The notes: generated by a model not told the origin, from the letters alone. Shown: positions 50,951 to 62,045, numbered from the stretch's first letter. The stretch is DNA of 62,848 nucleotides from an uncultured Candidatus Saccharibacteria bacterium (GCA_964533145.1 CAZHLG010000001.1:1-62848), one strand, 5' to 3'. A program made the numbers and translations.

Positions 50951-51907
50951 TTATTTGAGACCGACAGCTTTCGAGATTGCTTCCATTTTTTGCGCGGCGC
51001 GTCGCTTGGCTTTTTCACCGCCCTCGCGGAGCGCCTGCTCGACTATTTCCGGATGCGCAGCAAGTTCAAGATACTTGGCGCGCATCGGCGCGACGTACGC
51101 CTTGATGTCGGCCGCGAGCGCCTCCTTCAGGACTTTGTACTTGCCCGTGTTTTCTTCATACAGCGGCGCGAGTTCAGCTTCTGTCTTAAAGAGCTTGTGC
51201 ATGGCATACACGTTCTCCGGCCGTTCGCCTGACGAATCAGTCACAATGCTCATGACGAGCTTGTCTATCTGCTCGTCCGAAGCGAAGAGCGGAATCGTGT
51301 TGCCGTAGCTTTTGCTCATCTTGCGGCCGTCGATGCCTGGCACGACGCCTGTCGATTCAAGGATCACCGGTTCAGGCATCTTGAAAAGGGGTGCTTCTTC
51401 GCTGCCCCAAACGCGATTGAATTTTTCTGCGGTATCGCGGGCAAATTCGAGATGCTGCTTCTGGTCGGCGCCCACAGGCACGATGTCCGGGTCCTGCATG
51501 AGAATATCGGCGGCCATGAGCATCGGGTAGTCGAAAAGGCCCACGGTTGCCTCTTTTCCGTTCGCGACCTTGTCTTTGTATGCGACCGCGCGCTCAAGGT
51601 ATGGCATGGTCGTGATGCAGTTGAACATCCAAGTAAGCTCGCAGAGCTCGCCTCCGATCACAGACTGCTGAAAGATGACCGTTTTTTCCGGATCAAGGCC
51701 GCACGCGATGTACGCTGCAGCGACATGAAAAATATTCTTGCGCAGCTCGGCCGCATTTTGCACCGTAGTGAGGGCGTGCAGGTCGACAACGCAGATATAT
51801 TCCTCGTGGGAATCTTGCATATCGACAAACTGCTTGATCGCGCCGAAATAGTTGCCGAGATGCAATTCTCCCGTAGGCTGGATGCCGGAAAGCAGGATTT
51901 TCTTCAT
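50951..51907 (-). CDS. trpS: Tryptophan--tRNA ligase
   Basis: Motifs SGIQPTGELHLGNYFGA and KMSKS. Start is ATG 51907 (MKKILLSG). Confidence 0.95.
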   Translation of the reverse strand: MKKILLSGIQPTGELHLGNYFGAIKQFVDMQDSHEEYICVVDLHALTTVQNAAELRKNIFHVAAAYIACGLDPEKTVIFQQSVIGGELCELTWMFNCITTMPYLERAVAYKDKVANGKEATVGLFDYPMLMAADILMQDPDIVPVGADQKQHLEFARDTAEKFNRVWGSEEAPLFKMPEPVILESTGVVPGIDGRKMSKSYGNTIPLFASDEQIDKLVMSIVTDSSGERPENVYAMHKLFKTEAELAPLYEENTGKYKVLKEALAADIKAYVAPMRAKYLELAAHPEIVEQALREGGEKAKRRAAQKMEAISKAVGLK

Positions 51908-51915
51908 ATGATTGC

Positions 51916-51921
51916 AGTATA
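51916..51921 (-). promoter_or_regulatory. Extended -10 TGtTATACT (minus strand), 8 nt before the trpS ATG at 51907
   Basis: Reverse complement reads attgtTATACTgcaatcatATG. Confidence 0.45.
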
Positions 51922-51926
51922 ACAAT

Positions 51927-51952
51927 AAAAAAGGCCGCCTGAAAAGGCGGCC
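51927..51952 (-). terminator. Intrinsic terminator (minus strand) about 20 nt upstream of the trpS ATG
   Basis: Reverse complement GGCCGCC-ttttca-GGCGGCC followed by tttttt. Confidence 0.65.
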
Positions 51953-51978
51953 ACTAAATTAACTCATTGATGTTTAAT

Positions 51979-52006
51979 ATTATGACAGAAACAGGAAGTA
52001 TTGCAA
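51979..52006 (-). promoter_or_regulatory. Sigma70-like promoter TTGCAA-16-CATAAT (minus strand) feeding the terminator at 51927-51952
   Basis: The -35 box lies at 52001-52006 and the -10 box at 51979-51984. Confidence 0.45.
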
Positions 52007-52078
52007 ATCATCCGATTGTGCACAGTTTTACCACAGCTTTATGAACTGACACGGCTTCCCTGCCTGCCGCGCGGCTGC

Positions 52079-52084
52079 TACAAT
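52079..52084 (+). promoter_or_regulatory. Extended -10 TGcTACAAT, 8 nt before the dnaB ATG at 52093
   Basis: Sequence reads gcTGcTACAATcgcagggtATG. Confidence 0.5.
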
Positions 52085-52092
52085 CGCAGGGT

Positions 52093-53493
52093 ATGTCCAT
52101 GGACCCGACGAAACTCCGACTCCCCCCGCAGAGCCTCGATTCCGAGAAGGCCGTGCTCGGCTCGATCATGCTGCGCCCGACGGCGCTCATCGAAATCGCG
52201 GACAAGCTTGGCCCGGATTCCTTTTACAGCGACAAGCACCGCAAGATCTACGAAGCCATGCTCGAGCTCTCGAGCAAAGGCGACCCCATCGACCTGCTTT
52301 CACTTTCACACAAACTCAAGGAAAAGAAGGTACTCGAATCCATCGGCGGCTCGCGCTACCTCACCGAGCTGTGCAATTCGGTCCCGTCTTCGACCAACTC
52401 CGAATATTACGCGAACATCGTGGAGGAGAAATACATCCTCCGCAAACTCATCGATTCGGCCGCCAAGCTCGGCGAGCTCGGCTTCGACACGCAAGGCATG
52501 GCCCTCGAAGACGTGCTCGATACGGCGGAAAAGGAGATCTTTGCCGTGGCCGAAGGCCCGAAGCGCGGCAAGTATACGGCGCTCAAAGACACGCTCGGCG
52601 AGGCATGGACGCGCCTTGAGCGCTTGCATTCGCACAAAGGCGAGATGCGCGGCGTGCCGACGGGATTCAAGGCGCTCGACGACATGCTTTCCGGTTTCCA
52701 GAATTCCGACCTCATCATTCTTGCCGCCCGCCCGTCCGTCGGTAAGACGACGCTCGCACTCGACTTCGCCCGGCTTGCTGCCACAAAACACAATGTCGGC
52801 GTCGGCATTTTCTCGCTCGAAATGAGCTCGCAGCAGCTCGTGGATCGCATGCTCGCCGCGGATGCGCGCGTCAACGCCTGGCAGCTCCGCACGGGCGGCC
52901 TCTCCACGAGCGGCCACGACTTCGCGCTCTTGCGCGAGGCGCTCGACCGTCTTGCCAAGGCGCCGATCTTCATCGACGACCAGCCGTCTTCCACTATCGC
53001 GCATATCCGTTCGATCGCCCGCCGCCTCAAGACCGAGCATAATATCGGCATGATCATCGTCGACTACCTCCAGCTCATGAGCACGACGAAGAACTACGAC
53101 AGCATGGTCAACCAAGTCACGGAGATCTCCCGCTCGCTCAAGGCGCTGGCCCGCGAGATCAACGTGCCGGTCATCGCGCTCTCGCAGCTCTCCCGCGCGG
53201 TCGAAGCCCGCGGCGGCGAACCGCGCCTCTCCGACCTTCGCGACTCTGGTTCTATCGAGCAGGATGCTGACGTGGTGATGTTCATCCACCGCGAAGACCG
53301 CTTCAACAAGGATTCTGACAGGCAGAACATCGCCAAGATCATCATCGCCAAGCATCGTAACGGCCCCGTCGGCGACGTCGAGCTCTATATGGACGAGAAG
53401 ACTTCATGCTTCTTGCCCATGGAGAAGGCCGACTTCAGCGCCTTCGACGCAGTCTCCGGCGGCGGCGCAGACGCGGCATTCGCGGATTTCTAA
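52093..53493 (+). CDS. dnaB: Replicative DNA helicase DnaB
   Basis: Motifs PPQSLDSEKAVLGSIM, ARPSVGKTT, IIVDYLQLM and SQLSRAVE. Confidence 0.96.
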   Translation: MSMDPTKLRLPPQSLDSEKAVLGSIMLRPTALIEIADKLGPDSFYSDKHRKIYEAMLELSSKGDPIDLLSLSHKLKEKKVLESIGGSRYLTELCNSVPSSTNSEYYANIVEEKYILRKLIDSAAKLGELGFDTQGMALEDVLDTAEKEIFAVAEGPKRGKYTALKDTLGEAWTRLERLHSHKGEMRGVPTGFKALDDMLSGFQNSDLIILAARPSVGKTTLALDFARLAATKHNVGVGIFSLEMSSQQLVDRMLAADARVNAWQLRTGGLSTSGHDFALLREALDRLAKAPIFIDDQPSSTIAHIRSIARRLKTEHNIGMIIVDYLQLMSTTKNYDSMVNQVTEISRSLKALAREINVPVIALSQLSRAVEARGGEPRLSDLRDSGSIEQDADVVMFIHREDRFNKDSDRQNIAKIIIAKHRNGPVGDVELYMDEKTSCFLPMEKADFSAFDAVSGGGADAAFADF

Positions 53494-54108
53494 ATGGACT
53501 CGCTCAAACACCTCCAACAGCTTTTCAAGCGCTTTCCCGGCATCGGCGAGCGCCAGGCCATGCGCTTCGCGTACTTCGTGGCGACCGCCGACGAAGGCTA
53601 CATCCGCGACCTTTCGGCGCGCATTGCAGAGATCAGGAAGAGCGTGCGCCGCTGCGCGCGCTGCTATGCCCTCTCCGAGAACATCTCCGGATCGCTCTGT
53701 CCGGTGTGCAACGATCCGGCTCGGGACAAAGGCATGCTGCTTGTCGTCGAAAAAGACGCGGACCGCGAGCGTTTTGTGCAGTCACGCGCGTATCCCGGCA
53801 CGTATTTTCTGCTCGGCGGCCTGGCGCCGGCCATCGAAAAAGACACGGCAGCCCACATCCGCATCGAGGAGCTCGCCCGTCTCGTGCAAAAAGAATCCGG
53901 CGAAAAGCTCCGCGAAGTGATCATCGCCCTCTCGGCAACACCCGACGGCGACCGCACCGAAGCGCTCCTCATGTCCAGACTCGAAAAACTCGGACTGTCC
54001 GGTGTCGCGGTCTCAGTGCTCGGCAAGGGGCTCTCCACAGGCACGGAGATCGAATACTCGGACGCGAATACGCTTTCGAATGCGTTTAAAACAAGGACTA
54101 CTCTGTAA
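53494..54108 (+). CDS. recR: Recombination protein RecR
   Basis: HhH motif RFPGIGERQAMRFA, a C4 zinc finger (CARC..CPVC) and a Toprim domain. Confidence 0.94.
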   Translation: MDSLKHLQQLFKRFPGIGERQAMRFAYFVATADEGYIRDLSARIAEIRKSVRRCARCYALSENISGSLCPVCNDPARDKGMLLVVEKDADRERFVQSRAYPGTYFLLGGLAPAIEKDTAAHIRIEELARLVQKESGEKLREVIIALSATPDGDRTEALLMSRLEKLGLSGVAVSVLGKGLSTGTEIEYSDANTLSNAFKTRTTL

Positions 54109-54115
54109 TTAAAAT

Positions 54116-54145
54116 AAAAAGCACCCTCTAGCGGGTGCTTTTTAA
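54116..54145. terminator. Bidirectional terminator between recR and the convergent ABC gene
   Basis: Sequence aaaaagcaccc-tctagc-gggtgcttttt. Confidence 0.85.
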
Positions 54146-54176
54146 AATTCATAATTTACATTTCTTCTACATGCAT

Positions 54177-55919
54177 CTATACGGCAACTTCATGCGAGTG
54201 CAGCATTCGATAATAGATGCCATCGATATCGCTCAGAAGAGATTCATGCGTGCCGTCTTGTGCGATCCGCCCGTTGTCGAACACCAGGATTCTGTCGCAA
54301 TTCCGGATAGTGGACAACCGATGGGCTATGACAATCACGGTCTTATCCTTGAGTCCGTTCTCCAAAATTGACTGCACTTCTTTTTCCGTGACATTATCAA
54401 GAGATGAAGTTGCTTCGTCCAGAATAAGGATTGGAGCGTCGTGTACTAATGCTCGGGCAATGGCGACGCGCTGCCGCTGTCCACCCGAAAGTTTGATGCC
54501 GCGCTCTCCTACGAGCGTGTCATACCCATACTCAAGACCCATTATGAACTCATGGATCCGTGCCTTTTCTGCCGCGCTGGCGACTTCATCAAAGCTGGCA
54601 TGCTCGCTGCCGTAGGCGATGTTCTCCTGGATATCCCTATTAAACATGTCAACATTTTGTGACACGCAGGATATGAGTGTTTTAAGCCCATCCTGAGTCA
54701 GATCCGTAGCGATATTATAGCCGCCTACAAAAATAGTACCCTGGTGAATATCGACATTGCGGAGCAACATCTGAACCAGCGTTGTCTTTCCGGCTCCCGA
54801 TGTCCCGATTACGGCCACTTTTTGGCCAGCAGGTATCTCAAGCGAGAAATTTTTGAACACAGGTTCACATTTGGGGTATGCGAACGTGACATTGTTGAAC
54901 GACACAGAAGCATCTTTTGAATCTAATCTTGGCGCCTGAAGCGCGTTCGGCATATCGATTATGCCTGGTTCAAGCTCTATGATCTCTACCATCTCCTGTG
55001 CGTCGGCGACTGCCTTTGAACACCGGCGTACACTGCGCCCAAAATCCCAGAGACAGCCGGACAGCTGCCCTGCGTATGTGGTCACTAAGACCAGTCCTCC
55101 GGTGGATAGCTCGTGCCGTGACCATAAATATGCGCCAGCGGCGATCGAGCCCACATGTACAACAATCGAGAACAGCCCTTGAATCACATTTGATCGGTTG
55201 GCAAAATTCCATGCTTTAAGGAGCGCTTCGTAGTGGCGAACTGTCGCCCCATGAAAACGTTTTTCCTCATGCTTTCTCGAACCGAACATTTTGACAAGCG
55301 AGATGTTTCCGATGACATCAGCAAACGCCCCAGTTACTTTAGAGTCTTCGGCAGCTTCAGCCATACTCAGGGACAGGCGCTTCTTGGAGTTGATTATGAT
55401 GTAACCAAAATAGGTTATCGTCCATATTCCAACACCGAGAGCAACCGGTGTGCATATCGAGGAGAGCACCCAAATAGTGCCTATGATTTGCACGCATACG
55501 TAGAGATACTGACCGAGCAGTTCGTCGAAAAGCAGTTCGGCTGCCTGGACAAAGCGTTTCTGCTTAGCCACAAGCGATCCAGCGTAGGTGTTCGCAAAGA
55601 ACGCAGATGAATGCTTGAGCACATGCTCAAGCGCAACGTTCCTTAGAATTTTCATATGCCGGGCCTCGAAGACTGAATTTATGAAATCAGCGCTTCGGAA
55701 AAAGATCTGCGATCCGATTTGAACAACTGCGAACAGTGCGACCAGATGCCAGAGTGCGACAGAATCATTTTCCGGCAATACATCGATTATCTGCCCGAGC
55801 GCGTATGGCCGTAAGATGTCACGGAAGATAAAGGCCGTAGCGTAGCAGCAAATGGTGATTAACCCATAAATTCGAATGCCTTCAGTGTAGCGCCAGTAGA
55901 TGATGAGTACTTTTTTCAT
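54177..55919 (-). CDS. ABC exporter, fused permease/ATPase (MsbA/type I exporter-like)
   Basis: Six N-terminal TM helices, Walker A GTSGAGKTT, signature LSGGQRQR and Walker B ILILDEATS. Clearly AT-richer than the window. Confidence 0.9.
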   Translation of the reverse strand: MKKVLIIYWRYTEGIRIYGLITICCYATAFIFRDILRPYALGQIIDVLPENDSVALWHLVALFAVVQIGSQIFFRSADFINSVFEARHMKILRNVALEHVLKHSSAFFANTYAGSLVAKQKRFVQAAELLFDELLGQYLYVCVQIIGTIWVLSSICTPVALGVGIWTITYFGYIIINSKKRLSLSMAEAAEDSKVTGAFADVIGNISLVKMFGSRKHEEKRFHGATVRHYEALLKAWNFANRSNVIQGLFSIVVHVGSIAAGAYLWSRHELSTGGLVLVTTYAGQLSGCLWDFGRSVRRCSKAVADAQEMVEIIELEPGIIDMPNALQAPRLDSKDASVSFNNVTFAYPKCEPVFKNFSLEIPAGQKVAVIGTSGAGKTTLVQMLLRNVDIHQGTIFVGGYNIATDLTQDGLKTLISCVSQNVDMFNRDIQENIAYGSEHASFDEVASAAEKARIHEFIMGLEYGYDTLVGERGIKLSGGQRQRVAIARALVHDAPILILDEATSSLDNVTEKEVQSILENGLKDKTVIVIAHRLSTIRNCDRILVFDNGRIAQDGTHESLLSDIDGIYYRMLHSHEVAV

Positions 55920-55986
55920 TCACTATTTGTTTTTAAAAGTTAGGAATACAATTTTTATAATTAAATCATTTTTTTATATAAATGTC

Positions 55987-56014
55987 AAAAACCGCCTTTA
56001 GTGGGGCGGTTTTT
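55987..56014 (-). terminator. Intrinsic terminator after rplU (bidirectional shape)
   Basis: Sequence aaaaaccgcc-tttagtgg-ggcggttttt. Confidence 0.8.
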
Positions 56015-56031
56015 GAATCAATACGCTCTTT

Positions 56032-56358
56032 TTATTTGATCGCCGAGATCTTGACCTCGGAGTAACCCTGGCGGTGGCCGTTTTTCTTGTGGTACTTGCT
56101 TTTGGCCTTGTACTTGACCACGAGGACTTTCTTGGCGCGGCCGGCTGTCTGGAAGATAGCCTCGACCGTCGAGCCTGCGACCGTCGGAGCGCCGACGACC
56201 GTGTCCTTGCCGTTGTCGACGAGGAGCACCTCGTCGAAGACGACCTTGTCGCCCTTCTTGAGATCCTCGCCGAGGGTCTCGACGCGCAGGACGTCGCCGA
56301 CGGCGACCGGGTACTGCTTGCCGCCGGTCTTGATGATTGCGAATTCAGTGTTTGCCAT
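56032..56358 (-). CDS. rplU: 50S ribosomal protein L21
   Basis: Motifs FAIIKTGGKQYPVAVGDVLRVE and KYHKKNGHRQGYSEVKI. Confidence 0.95.
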   Translation of the reverse strand: MANTEFAIIKTGGKQYPVAVGDVLRVETLGEDLKKGDKVVFDEVLLVDNGKDTVVGAPTVAGSTVEAIFQTAGRAKKVLVVKYKAKSKYHKKNGHRQGYSEVKISAIK

Positions 56359-56402
56359 ACGTAGGGCCTATATTACACGATTTTCCGGCAAAGTCAACGG
56401 GT

Positions 56403-57788
56403 TTACCAGACAAGGGAGATTATGGCGGCAGCCCCGGCGACGACCATAAGGCCGGTGGTCAGCCAGCCGACCGTCGTGCCTATTTTTCGGTTCGCATGCT
56501 CCCCCATGACCCGCTTGCTGCTTGAAAGCCGGACGATGAACACGAGGATGACCGGGGCGATCACGGCGTTGGCTACGCCTGAATAAATAAGGGCTTTGAT
56601 CGGATCGAGACCGGTGAAGTTAAGCAGGATGCCGATGCCGATGGAGGCGATGATGACGCCGTAAAACGCGTACGCCTCACGCAGCTTGCGGTACAGGCCG
56701 TGCTTCCAGCCGAAGCTCTCCGAGATGGCGTATGAGGCGCTGCCGGCGAGCACGGGGATCGAGAGCATGCCCGTGCCGACGATGCCGAGCGAGAAGAGGA
56801 AGAAGCTCAGGTCGCCGGCGAAGGGTCTTAGCGCCTCGGCCGCGTCGGCGACGGTGCGGATCTCGGCGCCGCCAGTCATGAAGATGGCGCCGGCGCAGGC
56901 CGCAATGATGAAGAACATCACGGCGTTTGAGAACAGCATACCGCTCCAGACATCGGCACGGACATGCTTGATGTCTTTGTCCTCCACGCGCTGGTGCCAG
57001 ACGCGCTCGTCTTCCCTTCCTTGCAGATTCTGTTCCTCGACCTCCTGCGAAGTCTGCCAGAAAAAAAGATACGGCGAGATCGTCGTGCCGAGAATGGCGC
57101 AGATGAGCAAAATCTGGTCCTTTGAAAAATCGAGCGTCGGGCGGATGGCATGATGGATGACCTCGCCCCAGTTGAGATGCGCCATGATGGCCGAGAGCAC
57201 GTACGCGAAGAGCGCGAACGCCAGATACTTCAGGTATTTTGCGTAGCGCGCGTATGTCGTAAAGACCTGCAGAAGCAGGCAGACCAGGCCGAAGGCGATG
57301 ACAAGCAGTCCTGCTCCGAACTGCGGGGCGATCAGCCGCACGCTGCCGGCCATGGCGCCCAGGTTCGCGCCGATGTTGAACGTGTTGGCGATGAAGAGGA
57401 TCGACGTGACGAGGTACAGCGTCCATTTCGGGTAGCTGCGGCGGATATTCGCGGCAAGGCCGTGGCCCGTGACCACGCCGATGCGGGCGCACATTTCCTG
57501 CACGACGGCCATAAGCGGAAACGTGAACCATGAGAGCCAGAGCATCTGGAATCCGTACTGCGCGCCCGCCTGCGAATACGTCGCGATCCCGGCAGGATCG
57601 TCGTCTGCGGCGCCGGACGTGAGGCCGGGACCGAGCGTGTTCCAGTATTCTTCGGCGAGCTTGAACGGTTTTTTGCTGACAAGGGCGCGTTCCTTTTCTT
57701 CGACGAACTCGACTGCTTTTTCGAGTGCGACAGCCGGAGCCTCGAACGCTTTCTCGAGAGCGCTTTCTTCATGTTTCGTGTGTGCCAT
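56403..57788 (-). CDS. Nramp-family transporter homologue with non-canonical metal-site residues
   Basis: TM1 reads GPGLTSGAADDDPAGIATYSQAGAQYGF (canonical DPGN). TM6 reads AILGTTISPYLFF (canonical A-x-x-M-P-H). Confidence 0.85.
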   Translation of the reverse strand: MAHTKHEESALEKAFEAPAVALEKAVEFVEEKERALVSKKPFKLAEEYWNTLGPGLTSGAADDDPAGIATYSQAGAQYGFQMLWLSWFTFPLMAVVQEMCARIGVVTGHGLAANIRRSYPKWTLYLVTSILFIANTFNIGANLGAMAGSVRLIAPQFGAGLLVIAFGLVCLLLQVFTTYARYAKYLKYLAFALFAYVLSAIMAHLNWGEVIHHAIRPTLDFSKDQILLICAILGTTISPYLFFWQTSQEVEEQNLQGREDERVWHQRVEDKDIKHVRADVWSGMLFSNAVMFFIIAACAGAIFMTGGAEIRTVADAAEALRPFAGDLSFFLFSLGIVGTGMLSIPVLAGSASYAISESFGWKHGLYRKLREAYAFYGVIIASIGIGILLNFTGLDPIKALIYSGVANAVIAPVILVFIVRLSSSKRVMGEHANRKIGTTVGWLTTGLMVVAGAAAIISLVW

Positions 57789-57796
57789 GTTGCTGC

Positions 57797-57802
57797 AGTA
57801 TA
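57797..57802 (-). promoter_or_regulatory. -10 box TATACT (minus strand), 8 nt before the ATG at 57788
   Basis: Reverse complement reads gatgTATACTgcagcaacATG. Confidence 0.45.
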
Positions 57803-57829
57803 CATCTTTTTGTTTTGGCCAGGAACGGG

Positions 57830-57835
57830 TATACT
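57830..57835 (+). promoter_or_regulatory. -10 box TATACT, 6 nt before the ATG at 57842
   Basis: Sequence reads gggTATACTgtctccATG. Confidence 0.45.
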
Positions 57836-57841
57836 GTCTCC

Positions 57842-58743
57842 ATGTTGTCGCGATACTCCCATCAGAATCTGACCTGGATCGATCTTGAGTGCCCGACGCG
57901 CGAAGAAGCGGCGGCCGTTGGCGAAGAATACGGTCTGCATCCGCTCGTCGTCAGCGAGCTTTCCGTCCGTTCGGAACGCTGCAAAGTCGACACCTACCAG
58001 AATGCGCTCTATGCCGTACTGCGTTTCCCTGTCCGCAACCGTTCGACCGGCCACATCGAAGAGGCCGAGATCGATTTCGTGCTGCTCGGCGACACGCTCA
58101 TCACGACGCACTACGAGCTTGTCGATCCGCTGCATGATTTTGCGCGCATGTTCGAGGCTGGCACGCATCGCGGCATCTCGTCGTCCGGAGACCATGCAGG
58201 CATGCTCTTTTTCCTGCAGATGCGGGAGCTCTACAAGCACACGTTCTTCATCCTCGAATCGACCGAGGCTATGATCCGCGAGATCGAAAAGGAGGTATTC
58301 AAAGGCAAGGAAGATGCCATGGTGGAGCGGCTCTCGAAAGCTTCGAGCGCCGTGCTCGACATCCGCGCTGCGCTCCGTTCGCATAAAGAGATGCTCCGCT
58401 CTGTCTCGCAGTCCGGCGGCCGCATGTACGGCCCGGAGTTCGGCAGCTATATGGCTGTCGTCGAGGGCGAGTATGCGCACATCGAACAGGCGCTCGAAGA
58501 AAGCCGGCAAATGGTCTCCGATCTTCGCCGCACGAACGATTCGCTTCTTTCGTCGAAGACCAACGCAATCATCAAGACACTGACCGTCATCTCCATCGTG
58601 TTCGCTCCGCTCAATCTGACGGCGTTCATATTCGCGATGCATTCTCCGTATATCGAGCTCGAGACTCCAGAGAAGCTTGCCGCAGTGTTCGGCGCTATGG
58701 GTCTCATGTGCCTCGGATCGATCCTCTATTTCCGCTCGAAAAA

Positions 58744-58753
<10 letters not shown>
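57842..58753 (+). CDS. CorA-family channel homologue lacking the GMN motif
   Basis: CorA-like cytoplasmic domain and two C-terminal TM helices. The position of YGMNF reads FAMHS, and the C-terminal ..FRSKKWL is CorA-like. Confidence 0.8.
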
Positions 58754-60174
<1,421 letters not shown>

Positions 60175-60182
60175 TCTACCTC

Positions 60183-60671
60183 CTAAAAACCGATAGTAAG
60201 AGCGCGTTCCATAATTCTGTCCCCGATCCTTTTCCAATCAAAATACTTCTTATATTCCGAAGGATCTATAATTGCTATTTTTGAAACGCTACCTGCCGGA
60301 TCACTCACGAATTCCCCGAGCGGCTTAATTTCGGCAACCACACGAAGCTGGTATGCATAGGATGCGTCACGCGTATCGATGACTTTTTGATAACCTACCG
60401 GTTTCCATGCGAGCACTTCCATGTTAGTTTCCTCAAGTATCTCGCGGCGGAATGTTTGATCAAAAGTCTCGCCTGATTCAATTGTTCCTCCGGGCAACCC
60501 CCATGTTCCCTTCTTTCCGTTGTAGACAACCACGATCTTCTGCTCCGGAGTGAAGCAGACGCCATACACTTGCCGACATTCCGCGTACGGCAAGATCGAA
60601 AAATCATCGCAATCCTCGTATTGCATTCTGTACTCGACCCCACTGTGTCCGGTAAGTATTTCTTCTATCAT
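60183..60671 (-). CDS. NUDIX hydrolase
   Basis: Nudix box GLPGGTIESGETFDQTFRREILEETN. Confidence 0.88.
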   Translation of the reverse strand: MIEEILTGHSGVEYRMQYEDCDDFSILPYAECRQVYGVCFTPEQKIVVVYNGKKGTWGLPGGTIESGETFDQTFRREILEETNMEVLAWKPVGYQKVIDTRDASYAYQLRVVAEIKPLGEFVSDPAGSVSKIAIIDPSEYKKYFDWKRIGDRIMERALTIGF

Positions 60672-62038
60672 GCTGCTTTAAGCTCGATCGCAAAGGTGGA
60701 GCCTTTGCCTGCACCCGGGGAATGGATGGAAATGTGGCCGCCGTGCGCTTCCACGATCTGCTTGGCCAGATACAGCCCGAGACCCGAGCCGCCGGTGTTC
60801 ATCTTGCCGCCTTCGCCGCGGCTGAACTTCTGGAACAGGCGGTCCTGTTCGTCCGGCGCGATGCCGACACCCGTATCCGCGACCGCGAAGTGTACCGTTG
60901 CCCCGGCAACCTTGGTGACTGAGACGACGATCGAGCCCTGCTGTGTGTATTTGATGGCGTTGTCGACGATATTGAGCACTACCTGGCGCATTTTTTCCAT
61001 GTCGCCGAGCACCATGTACGGCGGCTGGCCGTCCGTGCGGAACTCAAGCTTAAGGCCTTTCTTTTCGGCGGTGATGGAGAGATCGGTTGCGATATCCTTG
61101 GCTGTCTTCTCCATGTCGAACGGAGCCATGGTGTATTTCATGCCGCCCGATTCGATCTTCGAGACATTGAGCAGATCCTCCACGACCTTTGTGAGGTGCG
61201 TGCTCGATTCGTAGACCCGATTGATGGCTTCCTTCTGCTTCTCGTCCACGCTGCCGAAGGAGCCGTCGAGCAAGAGCGACGTATAGCCGCGGATCGCCGT
61301 GAGCGGGCTTCTGAGCTGATGCGCCGCAAGCGAAAGGAACTCCGTTTTGAGCTTGTCGAGGCTTTGCAGCTTCTCGTTGGCGCGGCGCAGATCTTCCGCC
61401 GCAAGTGCCTTATCGACGGCCAGGGAGATCACGTTGACGATGGATGCGACGATATCCTTTTCGTAGTCCGGCAGCGAGCGGTATTCGCGGTTCATGCTCA
61501 CGAGCAGCATGCCGAGCACGCGATCGCCGAGCGCGAGCGGATACGCAAGCGACGCCTTAAGATGCGCCCGTTCGGCAAGCGTGGCGATGTCTGCATCCGA
61601 AAGAACGCCGTTCTTGAGGATGTGGCCGAACGGTTTGTCGGTGATGGACCTGCGCTTCTCGAAAAGATCTCCGTAGAACGGCCGGGCCGAAGCCTGGCCG
61701 ATGGTGGCGCCGTCGAGCGATATCCCGGTCGAAAGCAGCAGTTCCTTGCAGCGGGCGGAGCGCGACGCGCCGATTTCCTCAAGCGAATCTCCGTCGGCAT
61801 GATACAGCCAGACGCTCACGCTCTCGTAGTTGAGCGCTTCGCGCACCGACTCTGACACGTTGCGCGCAAGATCCGCAGGCTTGAGCGCCAGAATGCTCGT
61901 CTCGTAGAGATGTCCGAGCAGCGACAGCGCCTTGTTCTTGGTCGAAAGCTCCGCATTGCGCTTGTAGAGCATTTCGTTGATGTCCGCCGCCGAAGGCTGC
62001 GTCTCGGGCTGTTTTTTTGTCCGTGCAAAAAGCGACAT
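60668..62038 (-). CDS. Cytoplasmic sensor histidine kinase (GAF-like domain, HisKA, HATPase_c)
   Basis: H-box FLSLAAHQLRSPLTAIRGY, N-box VLNIVDNAIKYT and G-boxes DTGVGI/GGSGLGL. No TM helix. Start is ATG 62038. Confidence 0.88.
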   Translation of the reverse strand: MSLFARTKKQPETQPSAADINEMLYKRNAELSTKNKALSLLGHLYETSILALKPADLARNVSESVREALNYESVSVWLYHADGDSLEEIGASRSARCKELLLSTGISLDGATIGQASARPFYGDLFEKRRSITDKPFGHILKNGVLSDADIATLAERAHLKASLAYPLALGDRVLGMLLVSMNREYRSLPDYEKDIVASIVNVISLAVDKALAAEDLRRANEKLQSLDKLKTEFLSLAAHQLRSPLTAIRGYTSLLLDGSFGSVDEKQKEAINRVYESSTHLTKVVEDLLNVSKIESGGMKYTMAPFDMEKTAKDIATDLSITAEKKGLKLEFRTDGQPPYMVLGDMEKMRQVVLNIVDNAIKYTQQGSIVVSVTKVAGATVHFAVADTGVGIAPDEQDRLFQKFSRGEGGKMNTGGSGLGLYLAKQIVEAHGGHISIHSPGAGKGSTFAIELKAA

Positions 62039-62045
62039 CCTATGA

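Noticed and set aside
51927-52092. Possible T-box riboswitch upstream of trpS (AAUUUAGUGGCC resembles the T-box UGGN element, with N=C matching the tRNA-Trp discriminator G).
   Set aside because: The UGGC lies inside the 5' arm of the terminator itself rather than in an antiterminator bulge. There is no Stem I, AGAGA/GNUGGNA-type motif or specifier loop, and at most ~130 nt are available. It is kept only as a generic attenuator/sRNA candidate.
51908-52092. Replication origin at the divergent, AT-rich trpS|dnaB spacer (gene orientation switches here, and TTTTACCACA/TGTGCACA resemble DnaA boxes).
   Set aside because: The best 9-mers have at least 2 mismatches to TTATCCACA. There is no dnaA/dnaN, no box cluster and no AT-rich unwinding repeats. 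The opposite orientation switch at ~30.3 kb is only 22 kb away, so this is local operon structure rather than a replichore boundary.
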